Notes under the pieces: generated by a model | The model's database searches: none | Told to the model about the DNA's origin: nothing | Seen by the model: only the letters and a program-made list of their open reading frames with translations | Shown: positions 52,323-62,521 of the stretch, piece by piece | How the letters are laid out: every line of letters starts with the position of its first letter | Numbering within the stretch: position 1 is the stretch's first letter | DNA from: Gammaproteobacteria bacterium | Lineage (GTDB): Bacteria; Pseudomonadota; Gammaproteobacteria; Steroidobacterales; Foliamicaceae | Length of the DNA stretch: 64,000 nucleotides | NCBI GenBank assembly: GCA_009844425.1 | Contig: VYBN01000001.1 | Location: 28,985-92,984 of the forward strand | Reading direction: 5' to 3' | Position numbers and translations under genes: made by a program

Positions 52323-55300
52323 TCAGGCGTAGCGAATACGGAACTCGCTGATTACCGGCGAATCGCCCAGGGCATGGCGAAGGCCGCCGGTTGCGCGCAC
52401 ATTCCAGTGACTGCCCAGGCGCAGGCTTCCGGCGGCGGCCGGGCCGGAATAACGCACGACAACCTGCGTTGCGCCGGGCACGTGCGGGCGCAGCAGGTCC
52501 TTGAGCTGCGTGAAGGTCTCGGCCGGCGTTTCGGCCGCGCGACAATCGAGCAACAGCAGCCGGGCGCGATCTTCCATCACGTCATCCAGCGGCTCCACCG
52601 AGTCCGCAAACAGCATGAGCGAACCCCGCTGCAGGCGCGACAGACGGCCCTTCACCAGCACGAGGGAATGGGGCGTGATCAGCCGGCCGGGAGGAGCGCC
52701 TGCGTCCCACCGCGGCAAACGCACCGGCAGCCGGGTGGCTCCGTCGTCCAGGTCGAAGTAATTGGCGCCGGACCTGCGCCACTTGCGCAACACGCTGCCG
52801 GCCACCGTAACGTCCGGCGCGTCGCGTTCATCCCGCGGGCCCGGCTGCGATCGATCCAGTATCTCGCGCAGCGCGCCGCCCGTGAGAACGCGCGCCTCGT
52901 CCCGGCATTCATCGAACGGGTGGCCGCTCAGGCAGAACCCCAGACTCCGGCGCTCCCCGTCCAGCAGTTCCCGAAGCCCCCAGTCCGGCACGTCGGGAAT
53001 CTCGATTGGCATCGGCTGGTCGCCGCCGTCGTCGAACAGGCCCTCCTGCCCGCTCTCGGCGTCGCGGGCCGCCTGCGCCGCTGCCGCGAGCGCAGCGGGC
53101 AACACCCGTATCAGCGCGGCCCGGTTGGCGCACAAGCTGTCCAGGGCGCCCGACCGAACCAGCGTTTCGGCCTGCCGCTGGTGCAGCCCCGCTCCGCTGA
53201 TTCGCGAAAACAGGTCCGCTACGCCCGTATAGGGCCCGTTTGCTTCGCGTTCGGCCCGAATGGCCTGGGCCGCGGCCTGGCCCAGTCCGCGGATGGCGCC
53301 CAACCCGCAGCGAACGGCCTTGTCGTCCACGGCGCTGAACCCCACAAGAGAGCGGTTCACGTCCGGGCGCTCAACCGCGAGCCCCAGGGCGAGGCACTCC
53401 TGCGTCATCCAGTAGAGGCGGTCATGCGCGCTCATGTCGGTGGTCATCGTGGACGCCATGTACTGGGCCGGATAGTGCGCCTTCAGCCAGGCCGTCTGGT
53501 AGGCGACGATGGCATACGCCGTGGAGTGCGACTTGTTGAAACCGTAGCCGGCGAAGGTTTCCATCAGGTTGAAGATGTGCTCGGCCTTGCCCCGGGTCAG
53601 TCCGTGCTTCAAGGCGCCCTTTACGAACACCGAGCGCTGATCCGCCATCTCGTCCTTCAGCTTCTTGCCCATCGCACGGCGCAGCACGTCCGCCTGGGCA
53701 AAGCTGTAGCCTGCGATCAGGCGCGCGATCTCCATGACCTGCTCCTGGTAGAGGATCACGCCGTAGGTTTCGCCCAGGAGTTCACGCAGGTCGTCGTGAA
53801 GGTAATCGACCGATTCCTGGCCGTGCTTGCGCTTGATGTAGGTGTCCGCCATGCCGGTCTGCAGCGGGCCGGGCCGGAACAGCGCCACCAACGCGATCAT
53901 GTCGCTGAAGCGGTCCGGCCGCAAATCGCGGATCAGGTCGCGCATGCCGCGCGACTCGAGCTGGAAAACCGCGCGGGTGCGCAGGTTGCGCAGGAGTTCG
54001 TAGACCCTCGAATCGTCCAGCGGCAGCCGGGCCATGTCGATGGGCGGCTCGTCCGACGAGCGGCGGGCGCGATTGACCTCCTCCACGGTGCGGGTGATCG
54101 TGGTGAGGTCGTTCAGGGCCAGGAAGTCGAACTTCACCAGTCCGACCGATTCGATATCGTCCTTGTCGAACTGGGTGACCGTCGGCGCGTCGCTTTCCTG
54201 ACGGTAGAGCGGCGTGAATTGGATCAACTCCGACGGAGCGATCACGACGCCGCCCGCGTGGGTGCTGGAATTGCGCGGCAGGCCCTCCAGTTGCAGCGCC
54301 AGGTCGATGACCGCGCGCGCCTCGGTGTCGGTGTTGTACAAGTGACTCAGTTCCCGGTCGTCCTTCATCGCCTGCTCGATCGTCACGCCCACGGGCAGCG
54401 CGGGGATCAGACCGGCGATCTGTTCTCCCAGGCCCAGCGGATGACCCAGGACCCGGGTCGCGTCCTTGATGGCGGCGCGCGCCGCCAGGCGGTTGAACGT
54501 GATGATTTGCGCCACCCGGTCCCGCCCGTATTCCTCGGCCACATGCTCAAGGACCCGTTCGCGCTGTTCCGCGCAGAAATCGATATCGATGTCCGGCATG
54601 GAGATCCGCTCCGGGTTCAGGAAGCGTTCGAATATCAATCCGTATCGCAGGGGATCGATGGCGGTGATGCCCAGTGCATAGCTGATCAGCGAGCCGGCCG
54701 CCGATCCCCTGCCCGGGCCTACCGGCACCTGGTTATCGCGCGCCCAGCGCACGATGTCGGCGACGATCAGGAAGTAGCCGGGGAAGTCCATGCGCCGCAC
54801 GACCTCCAGTTCGGCGCGCAAGCGGTCGGTATAACGCCCGGGCAACTCCGCATCCGCGCCTGCGCCGACGCCGAGCTGGCGTTTCAGGCCGGTCAGCGCC
54901 TCCCGTTCGAGAAATTCCCATTCGCTCAGGCCCGCCGGCGCACGCGCCTTCGGCAGCCTTGACTCTCCCAGGTCCAGTTCCACCGTGCAGGCGCGGGCGA
55001 TGGCCGCCGTGTTGCTCAGGGCCTCCGGCAGGTCGGCGAACAGCTCGGCCATCTCCGCCGGACTCCTCAAGTATTGCTGGGGTGTGTAGCGCCGCTCGCG
55101 GCGCGGATCGTTCAGCGTTTCGCCCCGGTGTATGCACACGCGCGCTTCGTGCGCCGTGAACTCGCCGCTGTCCAGGAAGCGAACATCGTTGACCGCCACC
55201 AGCGGGATGCCTTCCGCGTTGGCGAGTTCCACCGTTCGCTGCGTCAGCTCCGTTTCGCCCGGGCGGCCCAGCCGGCTTACCTCCAGGAAGAGGCCGTCCC

Positions 55301-55817
55301 CCATCAGCCTGCGCAGGGCCAGTATCCGCTCGCGCTCCCGGCGCGCCTCGGGTCCGCGGCCTCCGGCGCTGTCGAGGCCGATCAGCCCGATCAGGCCATC
55401 CAAAGCCTCGACGCTCAGCCATTCCCCCATGAGCGCGGGGGCGCCGCGCGGTTCCAGCTCGAGGTACATGCGCGTAAGCAGGGCCAGCAGGTTCCTGTAA
55501 CCCCTAGCGTTCCGGCACAGGAACGTCACCCGTCCGGGACGAAACCCATCCTCCGGCCGGCCGAAATCCACGTCCGCGCCCAGTATGGGCTTGACTCCCG
55601 CGTCAAGCGCCGCCCGATAGAAGCGCACCGCACCGAACATGTTGTTGAGGTCGGTCAGGGCGACCGCGGGCATGCCCCGCTCCCGCACCGCCCGGCAAAA
55701 GCCTCCCTCGCCGCCGCTTATGCGCAGCACCGAGTCCACCAGGGAGAATTCCGAGTGCAGGCGAAGATGAACGAAGGGAGCGGTCGTTTCCACGGGCGAT
55801 TCAGGGCCTGTTCCCAT
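52323..55817 (-). CDS. dnaE: DNA polymerase III alpha subunit
   Basis: 1164 aa. PHP domain FVHLRLHSEFSLVDS; polymerase core (GRGSAAGSLISYALGIT...DIDIDF). Confidence 0.97.
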   Translation of the reverse strand: MGTGPESPVETTAPFVHLRLHSEFSLVDSVLRISGGEGGFCRAVRERGMPAVALTDLNNMFGAVRFYRAALDAGVKPILGADVDFGRPEDGFRPGRVTFLCRNARGYRNLLALLTRMYLELEPRGAPALMGEWLSVEALDGLIGLIGLDSAGGRGPEARRERERILALRRLMGDGLFLEVSRLGRPGETELTQRTVELANAEGIPLVAVNDVRFLDSGEFTAHEARVCIHRGETLNDPRRERRYTPQQYLRSPAEMAELFADLPEALSNTAAIARACTVELDLGESRLPKARAPAGLSEWEFLEREALTGLKRQLGVGAGADAELPGRYTDRLRAELEVVRRMDFPGYFLIVADIVRWARDNQVPVGPGRGSAAGSLISYALGITAIDPLRYGLIFERFLNPERISMPDIDIDFCAEQRERVLEHVAEEYGRDRVAQIITFNRLAARAAIKDATRVLGHPLGLGEQIAGLIPALPVGVTIEQAMKDDRELSHLYNTDTEARAVIDLALQLEGLPRNSSTHAGGVVIAPSELIQFTPLYRQESDAPTVTQFDKDDIESVGLVKFDFLALNDLTTITRTVEEVNRARRSSDEPPIDMARLPLDDSRVYELLRNLRTRAVFQLESRGMRDLIRDLRPDRFSDMIALVALFRPGPLQTGMADTYIKRKHGQESVDYLHDDLRELLGETYGVILYQEQVMEIARLIAGYSFAQADVLRRAMGKKLKDEMADQRSVFVKGALKHGLTRGKAEHIFNLMETFAGYGFNKSHSTAYAIVAYQTAWLKAHYPAQYMASTMTTDMSAHDRLYWMTQECLALGLAVERPDVNRSLVGFSAVDDKAVRCGLGAIRGLGQAAAQAIRAEREANGPYTGVADLFSRISGAGLHQRQAETLVRSGALDSLCANRAALIRVLPAALAAAAQAARDAESGQEGLFDDGGDQPMPIEIPDVPDWGLRELLDGERRSLGFCLSGHPFDECRDEARVLTGGALREILDRSQPGPRDERDAPDVTVAGSVLRKWRRSGANYFDLDDGATRLPVRLPRWDAGAPPGRLITPHSLVLVKGRLSRLQRGSLMLFADSVEPLDDVMEDRARLLLLDCRAAETPAETFTQLKDLLRPHVPGATQVVVRYSGPAAAGSLRLGSHWNVRATGGLRHALGDSPVISEFRIRYA

Positions 55818-56508
55818 CGTGCGCCGGGCCGACGGCGCGAACCGGCCGGAAACTGCGCCGGTGCGCGGGGCTCGCGCCCAACCGTTCGAGGGCCGCGCGA
55901 TGGGCGGGCACGGCGTAGCCCTTGTGTTCGGCCAGGCGATACCCCGGCCACCTGAGATCCAGGCGCCGCATCAAGCGATCCCGATGTTCCTTGGCCACGA
56001 TGGAAGCGGCGGCGATCAGCGGGCAGCGCCGGTCGCCGCCGATCATGGCTTCGAGTTCGACGCCCCGGCGCCAGTTCGCCGGCATCTCCGGCAGGTAGGG
56101 TCCGTCCACCCGCACCACCGACGGCTTGCCGGAAAGGCCAAGCAGCGCGCGGCGCATGGCCAGCAGACTGGCGCGCAAGACGTTGAGCCGATCGATCTCC
56201 TCCACTGCCGCAAGTCCCACCGACCAGGCCAGGCAACCGCTTCGAATGCCTTCCTCGAGCGTTGCGCGCCGCGCGGGCGAGAGCAGTTTGGAGTCGCGCA
56301 CGCCGGGGATTTCCCGTTCCGCGGGAAGCGCGACGGCTGCGGCGACCACCGGCCCCGCCAGCGCGCCGCGGCCCGCCTCATCCACTCCGGCCAATATTCT
56401 GACGCTGGGTGGGAGGGCGTCCCGCCCTCCACGAAGGCGGGACGCCTTCGCTTCCAGGTGTAATGCAACGCCCTCGCTCCCCGGGTGCTCCACTGCAGGC
56501 TCCCGCAC
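55801..56508 (-). CDS. rnhB: ribonuclease HII
   Basis: LAGVDEAGRGALAGPVVAAAV...DSKLLS...ASIVAKEHRD. The start is uncertain because the N-terminal ~37 codons of the ORF contain a REP-like palindrome (56405-56457). Confidence 0.85.
   Translation of the reverse strand: MREPAVEHPGSEGVALHLEAKASRLRGGRDALPPSVRILAGVDEAGRGALAGPVVAAAVALPAEREIPGVRDSKLLSPARRATLEEGIRSGCLAWSVGLAAVEEIDRLNVLRASLLAMRRALLGLSGKPSVVRVDGPYLPEMPANWRRGVELEAMIGGDRRCPLIAAASIVAKEHRDRLMRRLDLRWPGYRLAEHKGYAVPAHRAALERLGASPAHRRSFRPVRAVGPAHDGNRP
56405..56457. repeat. double-hairpin REP-like palindrome, copy 2
   Basis: ggagggcgtcccgccctcc (56412-56430) and gaaggcgggacgccttc (56433-56449), the same family as 35575-35627. It lies between the lpxB stop and the conserved RNase HII core. 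Confidence 0.75.
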
Positions 56509-56511
56509 GAG

Positions 56512-57663
56512 TCAGCCGGCCTTCGCCAGGGCCAGGACGGCCTGCGCCGCGCGGTCATTGACGCCCCGGCCCAGCGATTCGGAAAGACGGGCGAATTCGG
56601 CGCGCATCGTCCGACGGGCGCCGGGATCGTCGTACAGGCGCAGCAACTCGGCCCCCAGCGTCTCGCCGCGGGCCTGCTCCTGCAGCAGTTCGGGAACCAG
56701 TTTGCGTCCAGCGAGGATGTTGGGCAATGCGATGTGAGGCGTTTTCAGAAGACGGAAGAAGCGAGCAATCCAGGCCGTCAACGGCACAACCCGGTAAACC
56801 GCCACCAGCGGGCAACCACACACCATGGCCTCCATCGTAACCGTGCCGGAAACGGCCGCGGCCAGATCGGCTCTTGCCAGCAAATCGCGCGCGTTTCCGG
56901 AGTCCCGGCTCACCTCGACGCCGGGCGCGTAGCGCCTGAGAATCGCGTCGAATTGCCCCCGGCCCTGCCCGCTGGCGGCGGCCGTGGAAAAGCGCACGCC
57001 CGGCCGGCGCTCCTTGAGCCACACGGCCGCGCGCGCGATCGGGGGGCCGATGCGGCCTATCTCCGAACTGCGCGAACCCGGCAACAGGGCCACAAGCAGA
57101 TCGTCCCCGGAGGCGGAAAGCGACGATCCGCTCCGTTCCGGAGGTTGCTCATCGGCAATCGGATGACCGACGAATACCGCTTCCACGCCTTTTTCGCACA
57201 GCAGCGCCGGTTCGAACGGAAGCAGGCACAGCACCCGGTCGCAATTGCGGCGGATGCGCCGCGCCCGGCCGGATCGCCAGGCCCATATGGAGGGGCACAC
57301 GTATTGCACGGTGCGCACGCCACGCCGTTTCAGACGCCCGGCCAGGCCCAGGTTGAGTTCCGGAGAATCCACGCCGACGAAAATGTCCGGGCGAAACTCG
57401 CCGAGCCGCCTGAGCAGCCGGCGGCGAAGCATCCAGAGACGCGGCAGGTGGCGGACGATTTCGGCCAGTCCCATGACCGCGAATTCCGACGACTCGAGCA
57501 TGGCCCTGCATCCCGCCTCGCGCATTGCCGGGCCGGCCACGCCGGCCACCTCCACGTCCACCGGACCCGCGCGCAGGGAGCGAATCAGTCCCGCGCCCAG
57601 GCGATCGCCGGAAGCCTCGCCGGCGACCACCGCTATCCGCAGGGGCCGGTCCGGAGGCGTCAA
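56512..57663 (-). CDS. lpxB: lipid-A-disaccharide synthase
   Basis: Start trimmed to the TTG overlapping the lpxA stop. Sequence ...LRIAVVAGEASGDRLGAGLI...FVGVDSPELNL...; about 383 aa. Confidence 0.88.
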   Translation of the reverse strand: MTPPDRPLRIAVVAGEASGDRLGAGLIRSLRAGPVDVEVAGVAGPAMREAGCRAMLESSEFAVMGLAEIVRHLPRLWMLRRRLLRRLGEFRPDIFVGVDSPELNLGLAGRLKRRGVRTVQYVCPSIWAWRSGRARRIRRNCDRVLCLLPFEPALLCEKGVEAVFVGHPIADEQPPERSGSSLSASGDDLLVALLPGSRSSEIGRIGPPIARAAVWLKERRPGVRFSTAAASGQGRGQFDAILRRYAPGVEVSRDSGNARDLLARADLAAAVSGTVTMEAMVCGCPLVAVYRVVPLTAWIARFFRLLKTPHIALPNILAGRKLVPELLQEQARGETLGAELLRLYDDPGARRTMRAEFARLSESLGRGVNDRAAQAVLALAKAG

Positions 57664-58439
57664 CGCAAGAGGCCGCGCCCGGGCTCGCCCAGAAACTCCG
57701 CCATCGGCGTCAACTCCGGCTGTTCCCGGGCGGCTTCGGCAATGATTTCGGTCGCCTCGGCGCGGCTCAGCTCCTTGCGGTAAAGCGTGCGATAGGCCCG
57801 TTCGATGTTGGCCCGCTGGGGCGGGGCGAACCCATGCCGGCGGAGACCGATGACGTTGACCCCGCGCGGCCTGGGCGGCTGTCCCGCCACCAGCACATAG
57901 GGCGGAACGTCGCGGGTAATGCCGGCGTAAATCCCGACGAAACCGTAGTCGCCGATCCTGCAAAACTGATGCGCTCCCGAGAAACCCGCCATGGTTACGT
58001 GACTGCCCACGCGGACATGGCCCGCAAGGCTGGCGAAATTGGCCATCACCACGTCGTCGCCGAGTATGCAGTCATGGGCGATATGAACACTGGCCATAAG
58101 CCAGCAATTGTTTCCCATCCGGGTCACTCCGCCCCCGTCCTCGGTGCCGCGGTTGATGGTGACGAACTCGCGAATCGTGTTGTCGTCGCCGATTTCCAGC
58201 CGGCTCGTTTCTCCGGGGCGGAATTTGCGGTCCTGCGGATCGCGCCCGATGGCCGCGTGGGGGTGGATTACATTGCGTGCGCCCAGGCGCGTGGGCCCGT
58301 CGATGACCGCGTGGGAGCCGACCCTGCAGCCGGGGCCGATCTCCACCTCCGGTCCGATTACGGCATAGGGACCGACTTCCACGTCGGCGGCGAGGTCCGC
58401 GCGCGAGGAAACGATCGCGCTGGCGTGAACCTGCGTCAC
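57660..58439 (-). CDS. lpxA: acyl-ACP--UDP-N-acetylglucosamine O-acyltransferase
   Basis: Hexapeptide repeats, then [13 protein letters not shown]...AYRTLYR. 259 aa. Confidence 0.95.
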   Translation of the reverse strand: MTQVHASAIVSSRADLAADVEVGPYAVIGPEVEIGPGCRVGSHAVIDGPTRLGARNVIHPHAAIGRDPQDRKFRPGETSRLEIGDDNTIREFVTINRGTEDGGGVTRMGNNCWLMASVHIAHDCILGDDVVMANFASLAGHVRVGSHVTMAGFSGAHQFCRIGDYGFVGIYAGITRDVPPYVLVAGQPPRPRGVNVIGLRRHGFAPPQRANIERAYRTLYRKELSRAEATEIIAEAAREQPELTPMAEFLGEPGRGLLR

Positions 58440-59476
58440 GGGGAACGCTCCAGGCGCCGCACCCGCTTGTGCAGGGCGTCGAGATGCTTGAAGCGCGCCG
58501 CATTCCGGCGCCAGCTCGAAACTTCCTCCATGGGCGTCATCGAACCCGCATAGGCTCCGGGTTTGCGGATCGGGCGCGTTACCACGGTGCGGGCCAGGAG
58601 AACGACATCGTCGCAGATGTCAATGTGGCCGGCCACGCCGACGTTACCGGCAATCCGGCATCGGCGCCCAATCTTCGCGCTCCCGGCAATCAGGCATCCG
58701 GCGGCCATGGCCGAATGCTCGCCGATCCGGACGTTGTGCCCGATCTGTATCAGGTTGTCCAGACGCACGCCGTCCCCGATTACCGTGTCCTCGAGGGCGC
58801 CGCGGTCGATGGTGGTGTTGGCGCCGATCTCGACATCGTCGCCGATAAGCACGGCCCCCAGTTGCGGTATCTTGCGCCAGCGTCCGCCTGCATCCGGGGC
58901 ATTGCCGAAACCGTCCGAACCCAGCACGGCGCCCGGGTGGACCAGGCACCGCTTTCCGACCGTCACGCCCTCGCAAACCGCGCTGTTGGCCAGAATCCTG
59001 CTGTCTGCGCCGATCTGCGCCTGAGGCCCCACGGTCGCGTTGGGTCCTATGTACACGCCGCGGGCCAGCGTGGCGCCGGCGGCCACGCGCGCCCCGGCCG
59101 CCACTTCGCAGGTCCCGTCCACGCTCGCATCGGCAGAAACCGTGGCGTCGGCATGAATTCCGGCAGCGGGCGGCAGCAGCTCGTGCAGCTCGTCGGCCAC
59201 GCCGGCGAAAACACGATAAGGATCGGGCGTAATCAGCGTCGCTACCGGGCATTCAGCGGCGTGGGATTCGCTGAGGATTACCGCGCCCGCACCGGTCGAG
59301 CGAAGATCGTTCAGGTACGCCTGGTTGAGAAAAAAGGCCACGCTGCCGGCATCGGCGCCCGCCAGCGTGGAAACGCGATGAATCCTCGCGCCGGGCTCTC
59401 CGCGAAGTTGGCAGTCGTGACGCCGGGCGAGTTCGCTAAGCGTCAGTCCCCGCTCGTGATGCGAACGCCGCTGCAT
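58436..59476 (-). CDS. lpxD: UDP-3-O-acylglucosamine N-acyltransferase
   Basis: 346 aa. N-terminal [16 protein letters not shown], left-handed beta-helix repeats, and a C-terminal helical tail. It overlaps the lpxA start by 4 nt. Confidence 0.9.
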   Translation of the reverse strand: MQRRSHHERGLTLSELARRHDCQLRGEPGARIHRVSTLAGADAGSVAFFLNQAYLNDLRSTGAGAVILSESHAAECPVATLITPDPYRVFAGVADELHELLPPAAGIHADATVSADASVDGTCEVAAGARVAAGATLARGVYIGPNATVGPQAQIGADSRILANSAVCEGVTVGKRCLVHPGAVLGSDGFGNAPDAGGRWRKIPQLGAVLIGDDVEIGANTTIDRGALEDTVIGDGVRLDNLIQIGHNVRIGEHSAMAAGCLIAGSAKIGRRCRIAGNVGVAGHIDICDDVVLLARTVVTRPIRKPGAYAGSMTPMEEVSSWRRNAARFKHLDALHKRVRRLERSP

Positions 59477-59515
59477 CAGCTTTGCGGCCGGCCGACACTA
59501 GGGCGTGTTAACGCC

Positions 59516-60049
59516 CTAGTCCTGCTGTTCGCTGCTGTAGGTTTCCTGGAGGGCGCCCAGGACCTGCGGGGTGATGTTGACCGCGTCGCCGAAGTACACG
59601 ACACCGCCACTGAAGACGAGGTCGTATTCGTTCTCCTCGGCCACCTGGCGGACGTGGCTCAGAAAGACCGCACCGAGGTCGCGCTGGCTGTTGTTCTGCT
59701 CAAGCTGCAGGTCTTCCTCGAAAGCCTGCGCTTCCTGCTGAATCTCCCGGCGCAGAGCCAGTATCTCGCGCTCGGCGTTGCGCAATTGCTCGGTGCCCAT
59801 GGTTTCGCGGTCGCGCTCATAGTTGCCGCTCAATTCCCCCAGGCGGGTCTGCTTGGCGTTGATCTCGCGTTGCCGCGGAGCGAACATTTCGCTGATCCGT
59901 TCGTTGGCCGCCCGACCCTGGGGCGACTCCACGGTCAGGGCCTCCAGGTTGACGAATCCGATCTTCAGGGCGGTTTCCTGGGCCAGTGCGCTTCCGGCCG
60001 CAAGCACACTCAGGGCGATGCCCGCAAGCAGGTTCTTTGCGATATTCAT
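59516..60049 (-). CDS. skp: periplasmic chaperone Skp (OmpH)
   Basis: Start trimmed to MNIAKNLLAGIALSVLAAGSALAQ (signal peptide). Coiled-coil-rich mature part. Lies between bamA and lpxD. Confidence 0.8.
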   Translation of the reverse strand: MNIAKNLLAGIALSVLAAGSALAQETALKIGFVNLEALTVESPQGRAANERISEMFAPRQREINAKQTRLGELSGNYERDRETMGTEQLRNAEREILALRREIQQEAQAFEEDLQLEQNNSQRDLGAVFLSHVRQVAEENEYDLVFSGGVVYFGDAVNITPQVLGALQETYSSEQQD

Positions 60050-60102
60050 GGTCTGAAAAAAGCCTCTTGTTTTCAAAGGGAAGCGGGAGGACGCAATAGA
60101 TT

Positions 60103-62517
60103 CTAAAACGCGCCGCCCAGCGAAAACTGGAAGCGTTCCACCTCGTCCCCCCAAAATCGGTCGCTCTCGGGCTCGGCGTTTAGCGGCGCGGCAAAGCTGA
60201 ATCTCAACAGCCCCAAAGGCGCCAGCCACTCCGCGCCTATCCCGACGGAACGCTTAAGTTTACTTGTCTCAAAGTCGTAACTCAACGGATTGCCCTGGCG
60301 GTCGAAGAACTCCAGGTCGGAGGTGGAGAACACGTTGCCCACGTCGAAAAAGGCCGCCAGGCGCGCGCTCTGGCGGAAGCGCTCGGGCAGCGGCAGGATC
60401 AGTTCGACCTGACCGGTAACCAGCATATTGCCGCCGTAGGCATTGCCGAACCGGTCCTTGGGCCCCAGCCGGTATTCCTTGAAACCCCGCACCGAATCCG
60501 GTCCGCCGCCATAAAAGTGCTTGTAGGGCGGCACCGCGCTCGTATCGCCGAAGGCCTCGGAAAGGCCGACGTCTGCATTCAGCCGCAGGCTGAACCAGCG
60601 GCGCAGTCCCGGAATGCCGAGGTATTGCGTGTACTGGTAGCGCGCGGTCGCATACTCGACGTCGCTGCCGGGAATCGTGGCCGACAGGGACAGACGGTGG
60701 CGCATGCCCCGGTCGGGGAACAGCACCCGGTTGCGGCTGTCGTAGAGCCAACCCATCAGCAACTCCAGGCTGGCGAACTTGGAACCGTAGTAAATGTCGG
60801 GCTCGCCGGTGACCGGGCTGATGACTTCGCGCTCATACGGCTTGCCGTTGGCCTGCACCCATTGCCGGGACTGCTCGTTGCTGAAGCTGGTCGTGATCAG
60901 GTCGGCCTGCTGCAGCGTCGCCCCGAGGATCAGGCTCTGGTATTCGGTAATGGGATAGCTCATTTCGACCGCGGCCGACGCCGTGGTCGTGTCCAGGTCC
61001 GAAGCGGCGTTGAAGAACTGGGTGTAGTTCTGGTAGGTCAGCGAACCCGTAATACCGACCCCGTTCATCGTCGCGTAGGGATCGGTGTAGGAAAGGTTAT
61101 AGACCCGCGAATAGCTGGTGCCCGTCAGCCCGATCGCAAGCCGGTTGCCGCGGCCGAAAAGGTTGGAATGCACGGCGCTGCCGCTCAGTTGCATTCCGTA
61201 ATATCCGGTATAACCCACCGAGCCCTGAAACTCGCCCGGCTGCCGTTCGGTCAGGCTGAACACGACGTCCACCTGGTCCTGCGATCCCGGCACCCGCAGG
61301 GTCTCGAAGTCGACCTCCTCCAGGTACGGAAGCCGCTGCAGCCGGATCTTGGAGCGTTCCAGCAGATCGTTGGACAGGTAGGCGCCCTCGAACTGGCGCA
61401 GTTCGCGCCGCAGCACTTCATCCTCGATCGAAGACGCACCGTCAAAGGTGATGCGCCGCACATAGACCCGGCGCTCGGCGGTGATCAGCAGCGTGACCGC
61501 GACCTCGCCCGCATCCTCGTCGATTTCGGGGATCGGCGTGATTTCCGCGAACCCGTAACCCTCCTGGCCCAGGCGCAGGCGGATCAACTCGCTGCTCTGG
61601 GTGATGAGCTGCTGCGAGAAGCGCATTCCCGGCTTGAGCAGCACGTACTGGTTCAGCTCGGCCTCGTCCACGACGAAATCGCCGGCCAGCTTGACTTCCG
61701 ATACCGTGTAATTGCTGCCCTCACGAAGGTTGATCGTGATGAAGACATCCTTCAGATCGGGCGCGAGCGTCACCTGGGTCGATTGCAGTTCGAAATCGGC
61801 ATAACCGCGATCCAGGTAGTACGAGCGCAGCTTTTCCAGGTCGCCCTGCAACGCTTCGCGCGAGTAACGGTCGTCCTGGCGGATGAAGGACAGCCAGTTC
61901 GGCGTCTTCAGTTCGAAATCCTTCTTCAGTTCCTTGTCCGTGAAAAGCTCGTTGCCCACGATGTTGATCTGGCGGATACGCGAGCGGTCGCCCTCCGTGA
62001 TGTCGATGACCACGTCCACCTTGTTGTCGGGTAGTTCCGTCACGTCCACGTTGACTTCGGCGCCGTACTTGCCGCGACCGAAATAGAGGTCGGTCAGCGA
62101 GAGTTCCACTTCCTCAAGAACCGACGGCTTGACCAGACTGCCTTCGGAGATGCCGTTGTCGAACAGCGTCCGGTTCAGGTCCTCGGACTTGACGTCCTTG
62201 TTGCCCTCGATCAGCAGCGACTCGATCGTGGGCTGTTCGCGCACCGCCACCAGCAGCGCGTCCCCGTCGCGCCGAAACTCGACATCCGCGAAGAAGCCCG
62301 ACGCGTACAGGCCCCTCATGAGCTGCCGCACGGAAGACGCGTCCAGCGTGTCGCCGATGTTCACCGGCAGGTAATTCAGAACGGCGCCTTCCGAGATGCG
62401 CTGCAGGCCCTCGATGCGGATGTCCCGAACGACGAATGCCTCCTCCTGCGCCTTCGCAAACGCCGGGGCAAAGCCGAGCAGGACCACTGCCGCTGCCATC
62501 GGAAGCGTCCGCTTCAT
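60103..62517 (-). CDS. bamA: outer membrane protein assembly factor BamA
   Basis: Start trimmed to MKRTLPMAAAVVLLGFAPAFA. POTRA repeats (VRDIRIEGLQRISEGAVLNYLP...). The C-terminal barrel ends ...FQFSLGGAF. Confidence 0.95.
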   Translation of the reverse strand: MKRTLPMAAAVVLLGFAPAFAKAQEEAFVVRDIRIEGLQRISEGAVLNYLPVNIGDTLDASSVRQLMRGLYASGFFADVEFRRDGDALLVAVREQPTIESLLIEGNKDVKSEDLNRTLFDNGISEGSLVKPSVLEEVELSLTDLYFGRGKYGAEVNVDVTELPDNKVDVVIDITEGDRSRIRQINIVGNELFTDKELKKDFELKTPNWLSFIRQDDRYSREALQGDLEKLRSYYLDRGYADFELQSTQVTLAPDLKDVFITINLREGSNYTVSEVKLAGDFVVDEAELNQYVLLKPGMRFSQQLITQSSELIRLRLGQEGYGFAEITPIPEIDEDAGEVAVTLLITAERRVYVRRITFDGASSIEDEVLRRELRQFEGAYLSNDLLERSKIRLQRLPYLEEVDFETLRVPGSQDQVDVVFSLTERQPGEFQGSVGYTGYYGMQLSGSAVHSNLFGRGNRLAIGLTGTSYSRVYNLSYTDPYATMNGVGITGSLTYQNYTQFFNAASDLDTTTASAAVEMSYPITEYQSLILGATLQQADLITTSFSNEQSRQWVQANGKPYEREVISPVTGEPDIYYGSKFASLELLMGWLYDSRNRVLFPDRGMRHRLSLSATIPGSDVEYATARYQYTQYLGIPGLRRWFSLRLNADVGLSEAFGDTSAVPPYKHFYGGGPDSVRGFKEYRLGPKDRFGNAYGGNMLVTGQVELILPLPERFRQSARLAAFFDVGNVFSTSDLEFFDRQGNPLSYDFETSKLKRSVGIGAEWLAPLGLLRFSFAAPLNAEPESDRFWGDEVERFQFSLGGAF

Positions 62518-62521
62518 CCGC

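Noticed and set aside
59498-59519. Perfect palindrome ctagggcg-tgttaa-cgccctag overlapping the skp stop, considered as an intrinsic terminator.
   Set aside because: No U-tract follows on the transcribed (minus) strand, and lpxD starts 22 nt further on in the same operon. It may be a stabilising hairpin, but a terminator call is not supported.
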